Part shown: positions 1 to 9,152 of the stretch, one piece after another
How the letters are laid out: each line of letters begins with the position of its first letter
Numbering within the stretch: position 1 is the stretch's first letter
NCBI GenBank assembly: GCA_944388545.1
Contig: CALXJE010000022.1
Location: forward strand, 3,146-67,145
Source of the DNA: an uncultured Clostridia bacterium
GTDB lineage: Bacteria > Bacillota > Clostridia > TANB77 > CAG-465
DNA length: 64,000 nt
Reading direction: 5' to 3'
Notes under the pieces: generated by a model
Told to the model about the DNA's origin: nothing
The model's database searches: none
Seen by the model: the letters and a program-made list of their open reading frames with translations, nothing else
Made by a program: the position numbers and the translations under genes

Positions 1-574
1 CCATTTCTCTAAGTCTTTGAGCAAGTGTTTCTGCATTAAACACTGTGGTTTCAAATATTTCTGCATCAGGTTTAAATATTACTTTTGTTCCTCTTTTTTT
101 ACCTTCCGAAACTTTATGAAGCTTTTCTACTACTTTTCCTCTTTTAAAACTTATTTGATAATTACCATCTCCATTACAAACTTCTACTGTAACATGTTCA
201 GATAATGCGTTAACAACAGATGCACCTACACCATGAAGTCCTCCAGATACTTTGTATCCCTCTCCTCCAAATTTTCCTCCAGCATGAAGTATTGTATAAA
301 CAACTTCAACAGCAGGTATACCCATTTTAGGATGTATCCCAAGTGGAATTCCTCTACCATTATCTTTTACCATTATACTATTATCTTCTAATATCTCTAC
401 ATTTATTTCATTACAAAATCCAGCTAATGCTTCATCTACTGCATTATCTACTATTTCATATACTAAATGATGAAGACCTCTTTCAGATGTACTCCCTATA
501 TACATACCTGGTCTTTTCCTTACTGCTTCTAGCCCTTCTAATACCTGAATTTGGTTTTCATTATAATCTGCCAT
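1..574 (-). CDS. gyrB: DNA gyrase subunit B, N-terminal part (3' end lies beyond the window start)
   Basis: Reverse translation from ATG at 574 reads [31 protein letters not shown]..., later [10 protein letters not shown] (GHKL ATPase). GAGGT RBS lies 6 nt upstream. Canonical dnaA-dnaN-recF-gyrB synteny. Absent from the ORF track because no stop falls in the window. Confidence 0.9.
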   Translation of the reverse strand, partial: MADYNENQIQVLEGLEAVRKRPGMYIGSTSERGLHHLVYEIVDNAVDEALAGFCNEINVEILEDNSIMVKDNGRGIPLGIHPKMGIPAVEVVYTILHAGGKFGGEGYKVSGGLHGVGASVVNALSEHVTVEVCNGDGNYQISFKRGKVVEKLHKVSEGKKRGTKVIFKPDAEIFETTVFNAETLAQRLREM

Positions 575-619
575 CATTTTACCTCTTTTCTAAAATTTTA
601 TATTATTTTTTAAATTTTA

Positions 620-1714
620 TCACTTATTTTTTATTTTTTCAACTCTACCATCTAAAATTTTATAGAAAGAAATATTATTTAAATGTTTCAAACTTTCTAT
701 TTCTGTAGTAGTTATTATAGTTTGATAATTTTCTATATATTTTAATAAATAGTCTATTCTATTATTATCAAGTTCTGATAAAACATCATCTAATAATAAT
801 ATAGGTGTGTCTTCTTTTTCATCTTTTAATATTTCTAATTCTGTTAATTTAAGTGTAAGAAGTGCTGTTCTATTTTGTCCTTGTGAACCGTAAACTTTAA
901 CATCTATATTATTTATTTTAACTTCAATGTCATCTCTTTGTATTCCTTTATTAGATGTTTTCTTTAATATATCTAAATATCTATTTTTTTTTAATAAATT
1001 ATATATTTCTTTTATATCTAAATCTAAAAACTCTGAAATGTATTTTATATTAATCTCTTCTAAGTTATCTGTTAAGTCTTTTTGAATCCTTTTTGCATAT
1101 ATATTTATTTTATCAATTATTGATTTTCTTTCTTTAACTATATAACTAATATATTCCGCTATTTTTTCATCTAATATATCTAAATAGTCATTATCTAATC
1201 CTTTATCTTCATTTTTTAACATGTTGTTTTTTATATTTAATATCTTATTATACTCTTGAAGTTTTAATAAATATGATTTTGATAACTGACTAAGTAACAT
1301 ATCTATAAATTTTCTTCTATTTTTAGGCGATCCTTTTATAATGTCTAAACTTTCTGGAGAAAAAATAACAACATTATACTTCCCTATAAAATCAGAAACC
1401 CTTTTTATATCAATATTATCTTCTTTTATTTTTTTTTTAGAATCTTTATCTATATATATTTGTATCTTTATTTTTCTGCCTATTTTATCCACATAATCCA
1501 CAAAAATATTTGAATAATTTTCTTTAAAGTTAATAACTTCACTTTCTTTTCCTGTTCTATATGATTTTGTAATTGCTGACATATATACTGCTTCTAATAT
1601 ATTAGTTTTTCCTGCTGCATTATTTCCAAAAAAAACATTAACACCTTTATCTATTTCAAGTTCAAGATCTTTATAATTTCTAAAATTAACTAATTTTAAA
1701 TTAGTAACATACAT
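620..1714 (-). CDS. recF: DNA replication and repair protein RecF
   Basis: 364-aa ORF with Walker A GNNAAGKTN and Walker B-like LLLDDVLSELD. Lies between dnaN and gyrB, with a GAGGA RBS. Confidence 0.95.
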   Translation of the reverse strand: MYVTNLKLVNFRNYKDLELEIDKGVNVFFGNNAAGKTNILEAVYMSAITKSYRTGKESEVINFKENYSNIFVDYVDKIGRKIKIQIYIDKDSKKKIKEDNIDIKRVSDFIGKYNVVIFSPESLDIIKGSPKNRRKFIDMLLSQLSKSYLLKLQEYNKILNIKNNMLKNEDKGLDNDYLDILDEKIAEYISYIVKERKSIIDKINIYAKRIQKDLTDNLEEINIKYISEFLDLDIKEIYNLLKKNRYLDILKKTSNKGIQRDDIEVKINNIDVKVYGSQGQNRTALLTLKLTELEILKDEKEDTPILLLDDVLSELDNNRIDYLLKYIENYQTIITTTEIESLKHLNNISFYKILDGRVEKIKNK

Positions 1715-1730
1715 TATTTTATCCTCTATC

Positions 1731-2849
1731 TTAATCTTGTCTTAATTTAACTGGTAATACCATATATATATAATCATTACCGTGTATTGGTTTTATTATC
1801 ATTGGAGACACACTAGTAGTGTAATTCATTATAATTTCTTCATTTTCAATTACTTTTAATGCTTCAATTAAATATCTTGGATTAAATCCAATTTCTAAAC
1901 TTTTTCCTTCAACTACACCTACTACGTCTTCTTTTGCATCTCCTGCTAAACTTGTACAAGAAATTTCTATACCTTCCATAGATACGTTAATTTTTATAGG
2001 AGCTTTCTTTTCTTTTTCAGAAACTTCTCTAGAAAATAGTGAAACTCTATCAAGTGATTCTAATAGACTTTTTGTATTTATTTTTACTTTTGTTTCAAAT
2101 TCATTAGGAATAACAGAATTATAATTCAAAAATTCTCCTTCTATTATTCTACTTACAACTATACATTCTCCCATTTCAAATAATGCTTGATTCTTATTAA
2201 CTCCTATTTTTACATCTGACTCTGAATCATCATTAAGAATTTTTATAAGTTCTGCTAATGTTTTAGCAGGTATTATAGCTTTAAAATTATTATTACTTTT
2301 TTCTAATAAATATTGTTTTAAAGCTAATCTAAAACCATCTATAGCTACAACTTTTAAAACATTGTCTTCAACTGTTACTAGTGCTCCTGTATATATAGGT
2401 CTATTTTCATCTTGACTTGTTGCAAATATTGTTTTCTTTATCATATCCTTAAATATAGATTGATTAACAGTTATAGAATTATCTATATTAAACACAGGTA
2501 ATTTTGGATATTCTTCAGGATTCATAGTTGATAATTTGAATATTCCACTTGCTGATTTTATTATAAAAGTATTATTTTCTACTTCAAATGATATTTCATC
2601 AACTTCTAATTTTCTAATTATCTCATTAAGCATTTTATTGTCTACAACTGTTTTTCCTTCTTCACTAACAGATGCTTTTATAATATATTCACTACCTATT
2701 TCTAGGTCATTAGTTGTAAATTTAACATTATTTCCAATTGTTTCAATTAGAATTCCTTCTAATATTGGCATTGTTGTTTTTGAAGATGCAGTTTTTGTTA
2801 CACTGCTTAAACAATTTAATAAATCATTTTTACTACATTTAAATTTCAT
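1731..2849 (-). CDS. dnaN: DNA polymerase III beta sliding clamp
   Basis: 372-aa ORF of beta-clamp length with RBS GGGGAGGA, directly downstream of dnaA/oriC. Confidence 0.95.
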   Translation of the reverse strand: MKFKCSKNDLLNCLSSVTKTASSKTTMPILEGILIETIGNNVKFTTNDLEIGSEYIIKASVSEEGKTVVDNKMLNEIIRKLEVDEISFEVENNTFIIKSASGIFKLSTMNPEEYPKLPVFNIDNSITVNQSIFKDMIKKTIFATSQDENRPIYTGALVTVEDNVLKVVAIDGFRLALKQYLLEKSNNNFKAIIPAKTLAELIKILNDDSESDVKIGVNKNQALFEMGECIVVSRIIEGEFLNYNSVIPNEFETKVKINTKSLLESLDRVSLFSREVSEKEKKAPIKINVSMEGIEISCTSLAGDAKEDVVGVVEGKSLEIGFNPRYLIEALKVIENEEIIMNYTTSVSPMIIKPIHGNDYIYMVLPVKLRQD

Positions 2850-3160
2850 TTTAATCCTCCCCTAAAAACAATCATCTGATTGCTATTATATATATTTATT
2901 ATTTAGTAGTAGTAGTAGTAGAACCTGTTGATTATGTGGATAACTACTTCTAACTACCAAAATATAAAACAAAACTACTGTTGATAAACCTGTGGATAAC
3001 ATGTAAAAACTATCCACAGAACACTTGTTTTTGGTGGATAACTTTATAAAAATAATTTATCCACAATATTATCAACAACTTATCCACTGGATTATGTGGA
3101 TAAAAAAGAACATCGTAACGAACATTAATTATATTTGTAATATTTTTGAAATATTGGCAT
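2850..3160. other. oriC: Chromosomal replication origin (oriC, dnaA-dnaN intergenic part)
   Basis: Perfect DnaA boxes (TTATCCACA/TGTGGATAA) at 2935, 2991, 3057 and 3095. One-mismatch boxes at 2979, 3010, 3033, 3069 and 3080. A TAG trinucleotide array and an AT-rich stretch lie next to the dnaN start. Confidence 0.9.
2904..2921. repeat. (TAG)6 trinucleotide array, candidate DnaA-trio element
   Basis: Six uninterrupted TAG units, 13 nt from the perfect DnaA box at 2935 and flanked on the other side by an AT-only sequence. Confidence 0.7.
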
Positions 3161-4576
3161 CTAAATACTGACAGATAGGGATTTTTTGATATCGTCTATT
3201 AATGATCTGGTTTCTTCATTATGTTCATACTCCTCAGAAATTTTAGAATAAGCATGAAGAACTGTTGAATGATCTCTTCCACCAAAATCTTTACCTATAT
3301 TAGGAAATGTCATATTTATTAATTCTCTGCATAAATACATTGCGATTTGTCTAGGATAAGCTACATTATTAGATCTTTTTTCGCTTAGTATATCATTTAC
3401 CTTTATATTAAAAAATTTACATACAACTTGTATTATTAATGTACTTGTTAATACTTTAGTATTTTTTACTAATATGGATTCTATTGTATTATCAATTATA
3501 GCATCTGTTAATTCTTTGTTTGTAAAAGATGTATATGCTATTAATTTATTAAATACTCCCTCAAGTTCACGAATATTGGATGTTACTTTAGTAGCTATTT
3601 TTATAAGAACATCGTCGTTTATTACATAACGTTCTTTTTCAGCTTTTTTTCTAAGAATTGCTAGTCTAGTTTCATAATCAGGAGCCTGTATATCAACTGC
3701 AAGACCCATTTCAAAGCGAGTTTTTAATCTATCTTCTAATAAATTAATTTCTTTTGGTGGTTTTTCACTTGTTAATACTATTTGTTTTCCACCTTCAAAT
3801 AATGTATTAAAAGTGTGGAAAAATTCTTCTTGACACTTTTCTTTACCTGCTAAGAATTGAATATCGTCAATTAATAATAGATCAATATTTCTATATTTAT
3901 TTCTGAAAGATTCACTGTTATTATTCATTATTGCAGAAACAAGCTCATTAGCAAAGTTTTCGCCTGTTGTGTATATAACATTAAAGCCTGGATATGATTC
4001 AACTATATTGTGACCTATTGATTGCATAAGATGAGTTTTGCCAAGCCCTACTCCACCATATATAAATAATGGATTATATTTTGAACCTGGACTTTCAGAA
4101 ACGGCTACTGCAGAAGCATGAGCAAATCTGTTATTACTTCCGACTATATAATTCTCAAAAGTATATTTAGGATTAAGTCCGATTGCATGTGAAATTGAAG
4201 AATTATTTGAAGTTATATTATTAACAACTTTGTTTTCATTTGTATTTTCAATATTAATAGGATTTAAATTATTAGAGTTTTCTTTTTCATTTGTATGTTC
4301 GATATTATTTTCATCTTCTGTGGATCCCTCTTTTGATTCAAAAGTTATTATATAATTCTTTTTAGTCAAAAAAGTTAAGGTATTCTGAATTAAATCTAAA
4401 TATTTTTTAGAAAGAACTTCTATATGATAATTAGAAGGTGCTAAAAAACATATTGTATTTTCATCAGAAAGCCTAGGAATCATTACTTCTACGTATGTTT
4501 TATATCCAACTGGGGATATTTCTTCTTGCAAAATTTCAAGTGCTTGTTCCCAAGTTTTCATAAAATTTTCTCCCAT
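3161..4576 (-). CDS. dnaA: Chromosomal replication initiator protein DnaA
   Basis: 471 aa with AAA+ Walker A GGVGLGKTHL, Walker B LLLIDDIQF and a C-terminal DNA-binding region (GGRDHSTVLHA). AGGAGG RBS lies 6-7 nt before the ATG at 4576. Confidence 0.95.
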   Translation of the reverse strand: MGENFMKTWEQALEILQEEISPVGYKTYVEVMIPRLSDENTICFLAPSNYHIEVLSKKYLDLIQNTLTFLTKKNYIITFESKEGSTEDENNIEHTNEKENSNNLNPINIENTNENKVVNNITSNNSSISHAIGLNPKYTFENYIVGSNNRFAHASAVAVSESPGSKYNPLFIYGGVGLGKTHLMQSIGHNIVESYPGFNVIYTTGENFANELVSAIMNNNSESFRNKYRNIDLLLIDDIQFLAGKEKCQEEFFHTFNTLFEGGKQIVLTSEKPPKEINLLEDRLKTRFEMGLAVDIQAPDYETRLAILRKKAEKERYVINDDVLIKIATKVTSNIRELEGVFNKLIAYTSFTNKELTDAIIDNTIESILVKNTKVLTSTLIIQVVCKFFNIKVNDILSEKRSNNVAYPRQIAMYLCRELINMTFPNIGKDFGGRDHSTVLHAYSKISEEYEHNEETRSLIDDIKKSLSVSI

Positions 4577-4598
4577 TTTTAACCTCCTTTTTTAAAAG

Positions 4599-4630
4599 TT
4601 ATCCACAAAGTTATCCACAGGTGTTGATAA
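4599..4630. promoter_or_regulatory. DnaA-box cluster upstream of dnaA (autoregulation / second oriC part)
   Basis: Perfect TTATCCACA at 4599-4607 and 4611-4619, plus one-mismatch TGTTGATAA at 4622-4630, about 25 nt upstream of the dnaA start. Confidence 0.8.
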
Positions 4631-4789
4631 CTTTTATAGAAAAATAATCAGTATCAAAATAATATGTTACATAAAGTTGTTAATTTATTTTTTTACAAAA
4701 AACAAGACATATTTTTGCTATAATATATCAAATAATTACAGAAAATACAAGTATTTAAAAAAAATCTTTCCTATACATAATATAAAAAG

Positions 4790-4816
4790 TACCCCAAGCC
4801 AAATTAGCTCGGGGTA
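4790..4816 (-). terminator. Intrinsic terminator of the 4822-5190 gene
   Basis: Hairpin TACCCC..GC / GC..GGGGTA, followed on the minus strand by a T run (plus-strand AAAAA at 4784-4788). Confidence 0.6.
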
Positions 4817-4821
4817 AAAAA

Positions 4822-5190
4822 TTAAGAAATAGAATTTTTAGGTTTTAATTTTATATATCCATTACATTTTTTCTTAAGATACGAACGATTAGTTGTATCT
4901 TCTAATTTTGAAATAGATTTTTTAGACTTTTCTTTCCACTTTGGATATTTTTTAGTAAATTTATTATTCTTATAGGTCATTGACCTACGTGATTTTTTCT
5001 TTCTACTTGGAATGTGTTTTAAAGTGGAATTTTCTATATCTAGTTTATCAATAAGTTGCTCTTCCTCCTCTACTCTTTTTATTAATATTTTTAATGGTAA
5101 ATTAAAAACATCATCATAATTTGTTTTTGGAAAATAATTTAAATATAATTCTTGAATTTCTTTTAAAGTCATGTTTTCTATATTGTACAT
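4822..5190 (-). CDS. Hypothetical lysine-rich basic protein encoded between dnaA and rpmH
   Basis: 122-aa ORF with a strong RBS AGGAGGG 7 nt before the ATG and its own terminator. I recognise no family. Confidence 0.6.
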   Translation of the reverse strand: MYNIENMTLKEIQELYLNYFPKTNYDDVFNLPLKILIKRVEEEEQLIDKLDIENSTLKHIPSRKKKSRRSMTYKNNKFTKKYPKWKEKSKKSISKLEDTTNRSYLKKKCNGYIKLKPKNSIS

Positions 5191-5332
5191 ACTTGAGCCC
5201 TCCTAAAACATTAGTTTTTAGATAATAATAATATATCGTAGAACATAATTATATCATTTATAGTATATTATGTCAACATTTATTATATACATTAAATTAT
5301 ATACTGGATTTGATATTTTTTATTAAAATGAT

Positions 5333-5361
5333 TTGACAAATAAAAAAATATATAGTATAAT
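5333..5361 (+). promoter_or_regulatory. SigA-type promoter of the rpmH operon
   Basis: TTGACA (5333-5338), 17-nt spacer, TATAAT (5356-5361), about 45 nt upstream of rpmH. Confidence 0.6.
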
Positions 5362-5405
5362 CCTAAAAGGAAAAAATCACATTAATAACTTTGGAGGTGT
5401 AAGAC

Positions 5406-5540
5406 ATGAAAATGACATTTCAACCAAAAAATAAACAAGCAAAAAGAGAACATGGTTTTAGAAAAAGAATGAGTACTTCTGCAGGTAGAAAAATATTAAG
5501 AAATAGAAGAGCAAAGGGTAGAGCAGAATTAACTCACTAA
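5406..5540 (+). CDS. rpmH: 50S ribosomal protein L34
   Basis: 44-aa [47 protein letters not shown] with a GGAGG RBS. Too short for the ORF track. Confidence 0.92.
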   Translation: MKMTFQPKNKQAKREHGFRKRMSTSAGRKILRNRRAKGRAELTH

Positions 5541-5631
5541 TAAATAACTAATTATTTTTTTATAAAGGTATTTAATACCTTTATTTTTTTTATATATTAT
5601 GTTAAAATAAATACTAGAAAAGGAGAGTAAT

Positions 5632-5994
5632 ATGGTATTTACAAATTCTTTAAAAGGAAGATATGTATTTAAAAATGTATTAAGAAAAGGAAAATATTCA
5701 CACGAAGATAATATAACTGTATATTTTTTAAAAAATAATAAGAATGTAGATAAAAATTTTTTAGGTATTTGCGTTAGTAAAAAACATGGAAATAGTGTAG
5801 TAAGAAATAGATTAAAAAGATGGGCAAGAGAAGCATATAAAGAGATAGAGAAGAAAATAAAACCAGGTTTTAATATTATTATTTTATTTAAAAAAAATAT
5901 AAATATTGATGGTGTAAATTTCCATGTTATTAAAAAAGAACTATTAAATTGCATTAGAGATCAAGAGATTTCTTTAAATGAAGAGAATAATTAA
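5632..5994 (+). CDS. rnpA: Ribonuclease P protein component
   Basis: 120 aa with the basic RNR-type motif ([17 protein letters not shown]), an AGGAG RBS, directly after rpmH. Confidence 0.9.
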   Translation: MVFTNSLKGRYVFKNVLRKGKYSHEDNITVYFLKNNKNVDKNFLGICVSKKHGNSVVRNRLKRWAREAYKEIEKKIKPGFNIIILFKKNINIDGVNFHVIKKELLNCIRDQEISLNEENN

Positions 5995-6217
5995 TAAAAT
6001 TGCATTGTTACCTAAAAAAGCTATTATTTATATAATCAAATTTTATCAAAAGTATATATCTTCTAAGTTTGGAAGAAACTGTAGATATTATCCATCATGT
6101 TCCAATTATGCTATTAAAGCTATTGACAAATATGGTATAATTAAAGGCAGTATAATGGCTATTTTTAGAATATTAAGATGTAATCCGTTTTCTAAACGGT
6201 GGAATAGACGAAGTTAA
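5978..6217 (+). CDS. yidD: Membrane protein insertion efficiency factor YidD (3' end apparently frameshifted)
   Basis: 79 aa with [10 protein letters not shown] and RILRCNPF motifs. The expected terminal GG.D.V motif (NGGIDEVK*) appears only in the +1 frame after about 6197. Confidence 0.8.
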   Translation: MKRIINKIALLPKKAIIYIIKFYQKYISSKFGRNCRYYPSCSNYAIKAIDKYGIIKGSIMAIFRILRCNPFSKRWNRRS

Positions 6218-6237
6218 ATAATTTAAGGAGAATTTAA

Positions 6238-7074
6238 ATGATAGAGGCAATAGCAAATTTATTTGGAGCAATAATAAGATTAATATATAATTTAGTAGGT
6301 GAAAACTATGGACTTTCTATTGTTATTTTTGCTGTTTTGACAAAGATTATTTTATTTCCGCTTAATTTAAAACAAGCAAAATCAATGGAAGAAATAAAAA
6401 AGATATCTCCAATGGAACAAGAGATAAGAAAGAAATATAAAGGAAATAATGAAAAAATAGGTACGGAACTTCAAAAATTATATAGTGAACATAAAATAAA
6501 CCCTATGGCAGGATGTTTACCAGCATTAATTCAAATACCTATAGTTATAGCTATGTTTTATATAGTAAAGCAACCACTTACATATATTAAACAAGTTCCT
6601 AATGATCAAATAGTAGAATATGTACAAGAAATAGTAGGAGAAGATAAAGAAGTAAGTAAGGCAGATATTAGAGATAACGAGATTAGAATAGCTAATGATA
6701 AAGAAATAATAAATATGGATTTTATTGGAATTAACTTTGGTGATATACCTGCAAATTCAGTTAATAAAAATATACCAAAAGAGGAAAAACCTAGTTACTA
6801 TACTTTGATAGTGCCAGTTCTAAGTTTAGCATTATCAATACTTCAAACAAAAATAACTATGAAAACTAGTAATTTAACTGATGAGCAAAAAGAACAACAA
6901 AAAACAATGAATTTATTATTACCATTTTTATCAGCGTATATATCATATATAATGCCACTTGCATTAGGAATTTACTGGCTTGTAGGAAGTATATGTCAAG
7001 TAGGTTCGCAATTATTAATAACAAAATTAGTAAAAGATAAAAAGATTATGCTTAACGAAAGGAGCGTAAATTAA
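6238..7074 (+). CDS. yidC: YidC/Oxa1 family membrane protein insertase
   Basis: 278 aa, polytopic, with a conserved MAGCLPALIQIPI segment. rnpA-yidD-yidC-jag synteny. Confidence 0.9.
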   Translation: MIEAIANLFGAIIRLIYNLVGENYGLSIVIFAVLTKIILFPLNLKQAKSMEEIKKISPMEQEIRKKYKGNNEKIGTELQKLYSEHKINPMAGCLPALIQIPIVIAMFYIVKQPLTYIKQVPNDQIVEYVQEIVGEDKEVSKADIRDNEIRIANDKEIINMDFIGINFGDIPANSVNKNIPKEEKPSYYTLIVPVLSLALSILQTKITMKTSNLTDEQKEQQKTMNLLLPFLSAYISYIMPLALGIYWLVGSICQVGSQLLITKLVKDKKIMLNERSVN

Positions 7075-7721
7075 TGAAAAAAATTACAGAACAAATGGGT
7101 AAAACAGTTGAAGAAGCAATTAGAAAAGGCTTAGAAGAATTAAAAGTTCCAAGAGATTATGTAAAGATAGAAGTTTTGGAAGAACCAACAAAAGGAATGT
7201 TAGGAGTGCTTTCTAGTAAACTTGCTAAAGTTAGATTAACTGTAGATAAAAAATTAGATGATGCTACAGTTTCTGCTACAATTCAAAAAGTAGATGCTAT
7301 AGTAAGTAAAATTTTTGAAATAATGAAAGATGATTCTAAATACGAAGTAAGCAATAATAACGGAAAGGTTGAAGTTATTATAGATAGTGGTGATAGTGCT
7401 CATTTAATAGGATATAAAGGGAGAACTATAGAAGCTCTGCAATCAACTATAAACTCAATATTACAAAAAGATACAGAAGAAAATGCAAAAGTATTTATTG
7501 AAGTAAATAATTATAAAAAGAAAAAGGAAGAAATACTAAAAAGACTTGCTAATAAAATGGCAGATAATGTTGTTAAATTTAAAAAAATAATAAAATTAGA
7601 ACCTATGTCTGCATATGAAAGAATGATTATACATACAGAACTTTCTAATAGAAATGATGTAATAACTGAAAGTATTGGTATAGAGCCAAGAAGAAGAGTT
7701 ATAATAAAGTTAAAAAGATAA
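7074..7721 (+). CDS. khpB: RNA-binding protein Jag/KhpB (Jag_N-KH-R3H)
   Basis: 215 aa with a KH-like GYKGRTIEALQ and a C-terminal R3H-like PMSAYERMIIH. The start overlaps the yidC stop (TAATG). Confidence 0.85.
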   Translation: MKKITEQMGKTVEEAIRKGLEELKVPRDYVKIEVLEEPTKGMLGVLSSKLAKVRLTVDKKLDDATVSATIQKVDAIVSKIFEIMKDDSKYEVSNNNGKVEVIIDSGDSAHLIGYKGRTIEALQSTINSILQKDTEENAKVFIEVNNYKKKKEEILKRLANKMADNVVKFKKIIKLEPMSAYERMIIHTELSNRNDVITESIGIEPRRRVIIKLKR

Positions 7722-7776
7722 TTGTTAAAAGAAGATCAGACTTTGTCTGACTTTTTTGTGAGGAGAAAATAAAATT

Positions 7777-9144
7777 ATGTTAACAGATACAATTGCAGCT
7801 ATTAGTACCGGTGGAAATAATACAGGTATAAATATTATAAGAATAAGCGGGGAAAATAGTAAGAAAATAATAGATGAAATATTTACAGCTTCAGATAAGC
7901 TTGATCATCAAAAGATAATATATGGAAAAATATTAGATGATGATAAAGTGTTAGATGAAGTATTAGTCTCATATTTTATTAAACCAAATTCTTTTACTGG
8001 TGAGAATGTATGTGAAATAAATTGTCATGGAGGTAGAAGAGTTACTTTAAATATATTAGAACTTGTTATAAAAAAAGGAGCAAGATTAGCAGGTCCTGGA
8101 GAGTTTTCAAAAAGAGCCTTTTTAAACGGTAAAATGGATTTGTCTAAAGCAGAAAGTATTATTGATATAATAAATGCAAAAACTAAGCTTCAAACAAAAA
8201 TAGCGACAGAACAACTTGAGGGAGGTTTATATAATATTGTCAAAACAGAAAGAGAAAAACTAATTGAGCTTCTTGCACAAATTGAAGTAAGTATAGATTA
8301 TCCTGAATATGATTATAAAGAATTAGAGAACAATGAAATAATTAATAAACTTAAAGATATATCTATAAATCTTAAGAAATATATAAATTCATATGATGAT
8401 GGTAAATATATAAAAGATGGAATAAATGTAGCTATTTTAGGTGGAACTAACGCGGGAAAATCATCTCTTTTAAATATTTTATCCAATAGCGATAAAGCAA
8501 TTGTGACTGATATAGAAGGAACAACAAGAGATATAGTAGAAGAAACAGTTATTATAGATGATATTGTTCTTAATATATTTGATACTGCAGGTATAAGAGA
8601 TACTGAAGACGTAGTAGAAAAAATAGGAATTAAAAAAAGTTTTGCAATAATAGATAAAGTAGATTTAATAATAATAGTAATAGATTTATTAAAAGGATTA
8701 ACAGAAAAAGATAAAGAGTTAATAAATAAGATAATGGAAAAGAATAAAAAGTATATAATTTGTTTAAATAAGATTGATGTTTCACATGAAAAAGTTGGTA
8801 AAGTAAAGAAACAACTACAAAGCTTTAAAAACGTCATAGAGACATCTTTTTTTACTAAGGAAGGTATAGATACTCTTAAAAATAAAATTGCTTATATGTT
8901 TAATTTAGAGCAAATCAGCAATGATGATAGTATTATAATAGTAAATCAAAGACATAAAGAATTATTAGATAAGAGTTATACTAGTTTAAATAAAGCCATT
9001 AATGAAATTGAAAAAAATATAGGAGTGGATATAGCAGAAATAGATATTAAAAATTCTGCTAAGTATTTAGGTGAAATAATAGGAGAAGAAGTTACAAGTG
9101 ATGTAATAAATAAAATATTTGAAAAATTTTGTTTAGGAAAGTAG
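7777..9144 (+). CDS. mnmE: tRNA modification GTPase MnmE
   Basis: 455 aa with G-domain motifs [12 protein letters not shown] and DTAGIR and a C-terminal FCLGK motif. Confidence 0.95.
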   Translation: MLTDTIAAISTGGNNTGINIIRISGENSKKIIDEIFTASDKLDHQKIIYGKILDDDKVLDEVLVSYFIKPNSFTGENVCEINCHGGRRVTLNILELVIKKGARLAGPGEFSKRAFLNGKMDLSKAESIIDIINAKTKLQTKIATEQLEGGLYNIVKTEREKLIELLAQIEVSIDYPEYDYKELENNEIINKLKDISINLKKYINSYDDGKYIKDGINVAILGGTNAGKSSLLNILSNSDKAIVTDIEGTTRDIVEETVIIDDIVLNIFDTAGIRDTEDVVEKIGIKKSFAIIDKVDLIIIVIDLLKGLTEKDKELINKIMEKNKKYIICLNKIDVSHEKVGKVKKQLQSFKNVIETSFFTKEGIDTLKNKIAYMFNLEQISNDDSIIIVNQRHKELLDKSYTSLNKAINEIEKNIGVDIAEIDIKNSAKYLGEIIGEEVTSDVINKIFEKFCLGK

Positions 9145-9152
9145 GAAAAGTA

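Noticed and set aside
17-708. Plus-strand ORFs 17-205 and 343-708 from the track
   Set aside because: They lie antisense to a clear gyrB reading frame (and to the recF 3' end). They have F/L/Y/I-rich low-complexity translations and no RBS, so they are shadow ORFs of AT-rich DNA.
2904-2921. (TAG)6 as a meaningless microsatellite or stop-codon barrier
   Set aside because: Not fully excluded. However, its exact placement between the DnaA-box cluster and the AT-rich stretch next to dnaN matches the DnaA-trio position, so it is reported as a finding instead.
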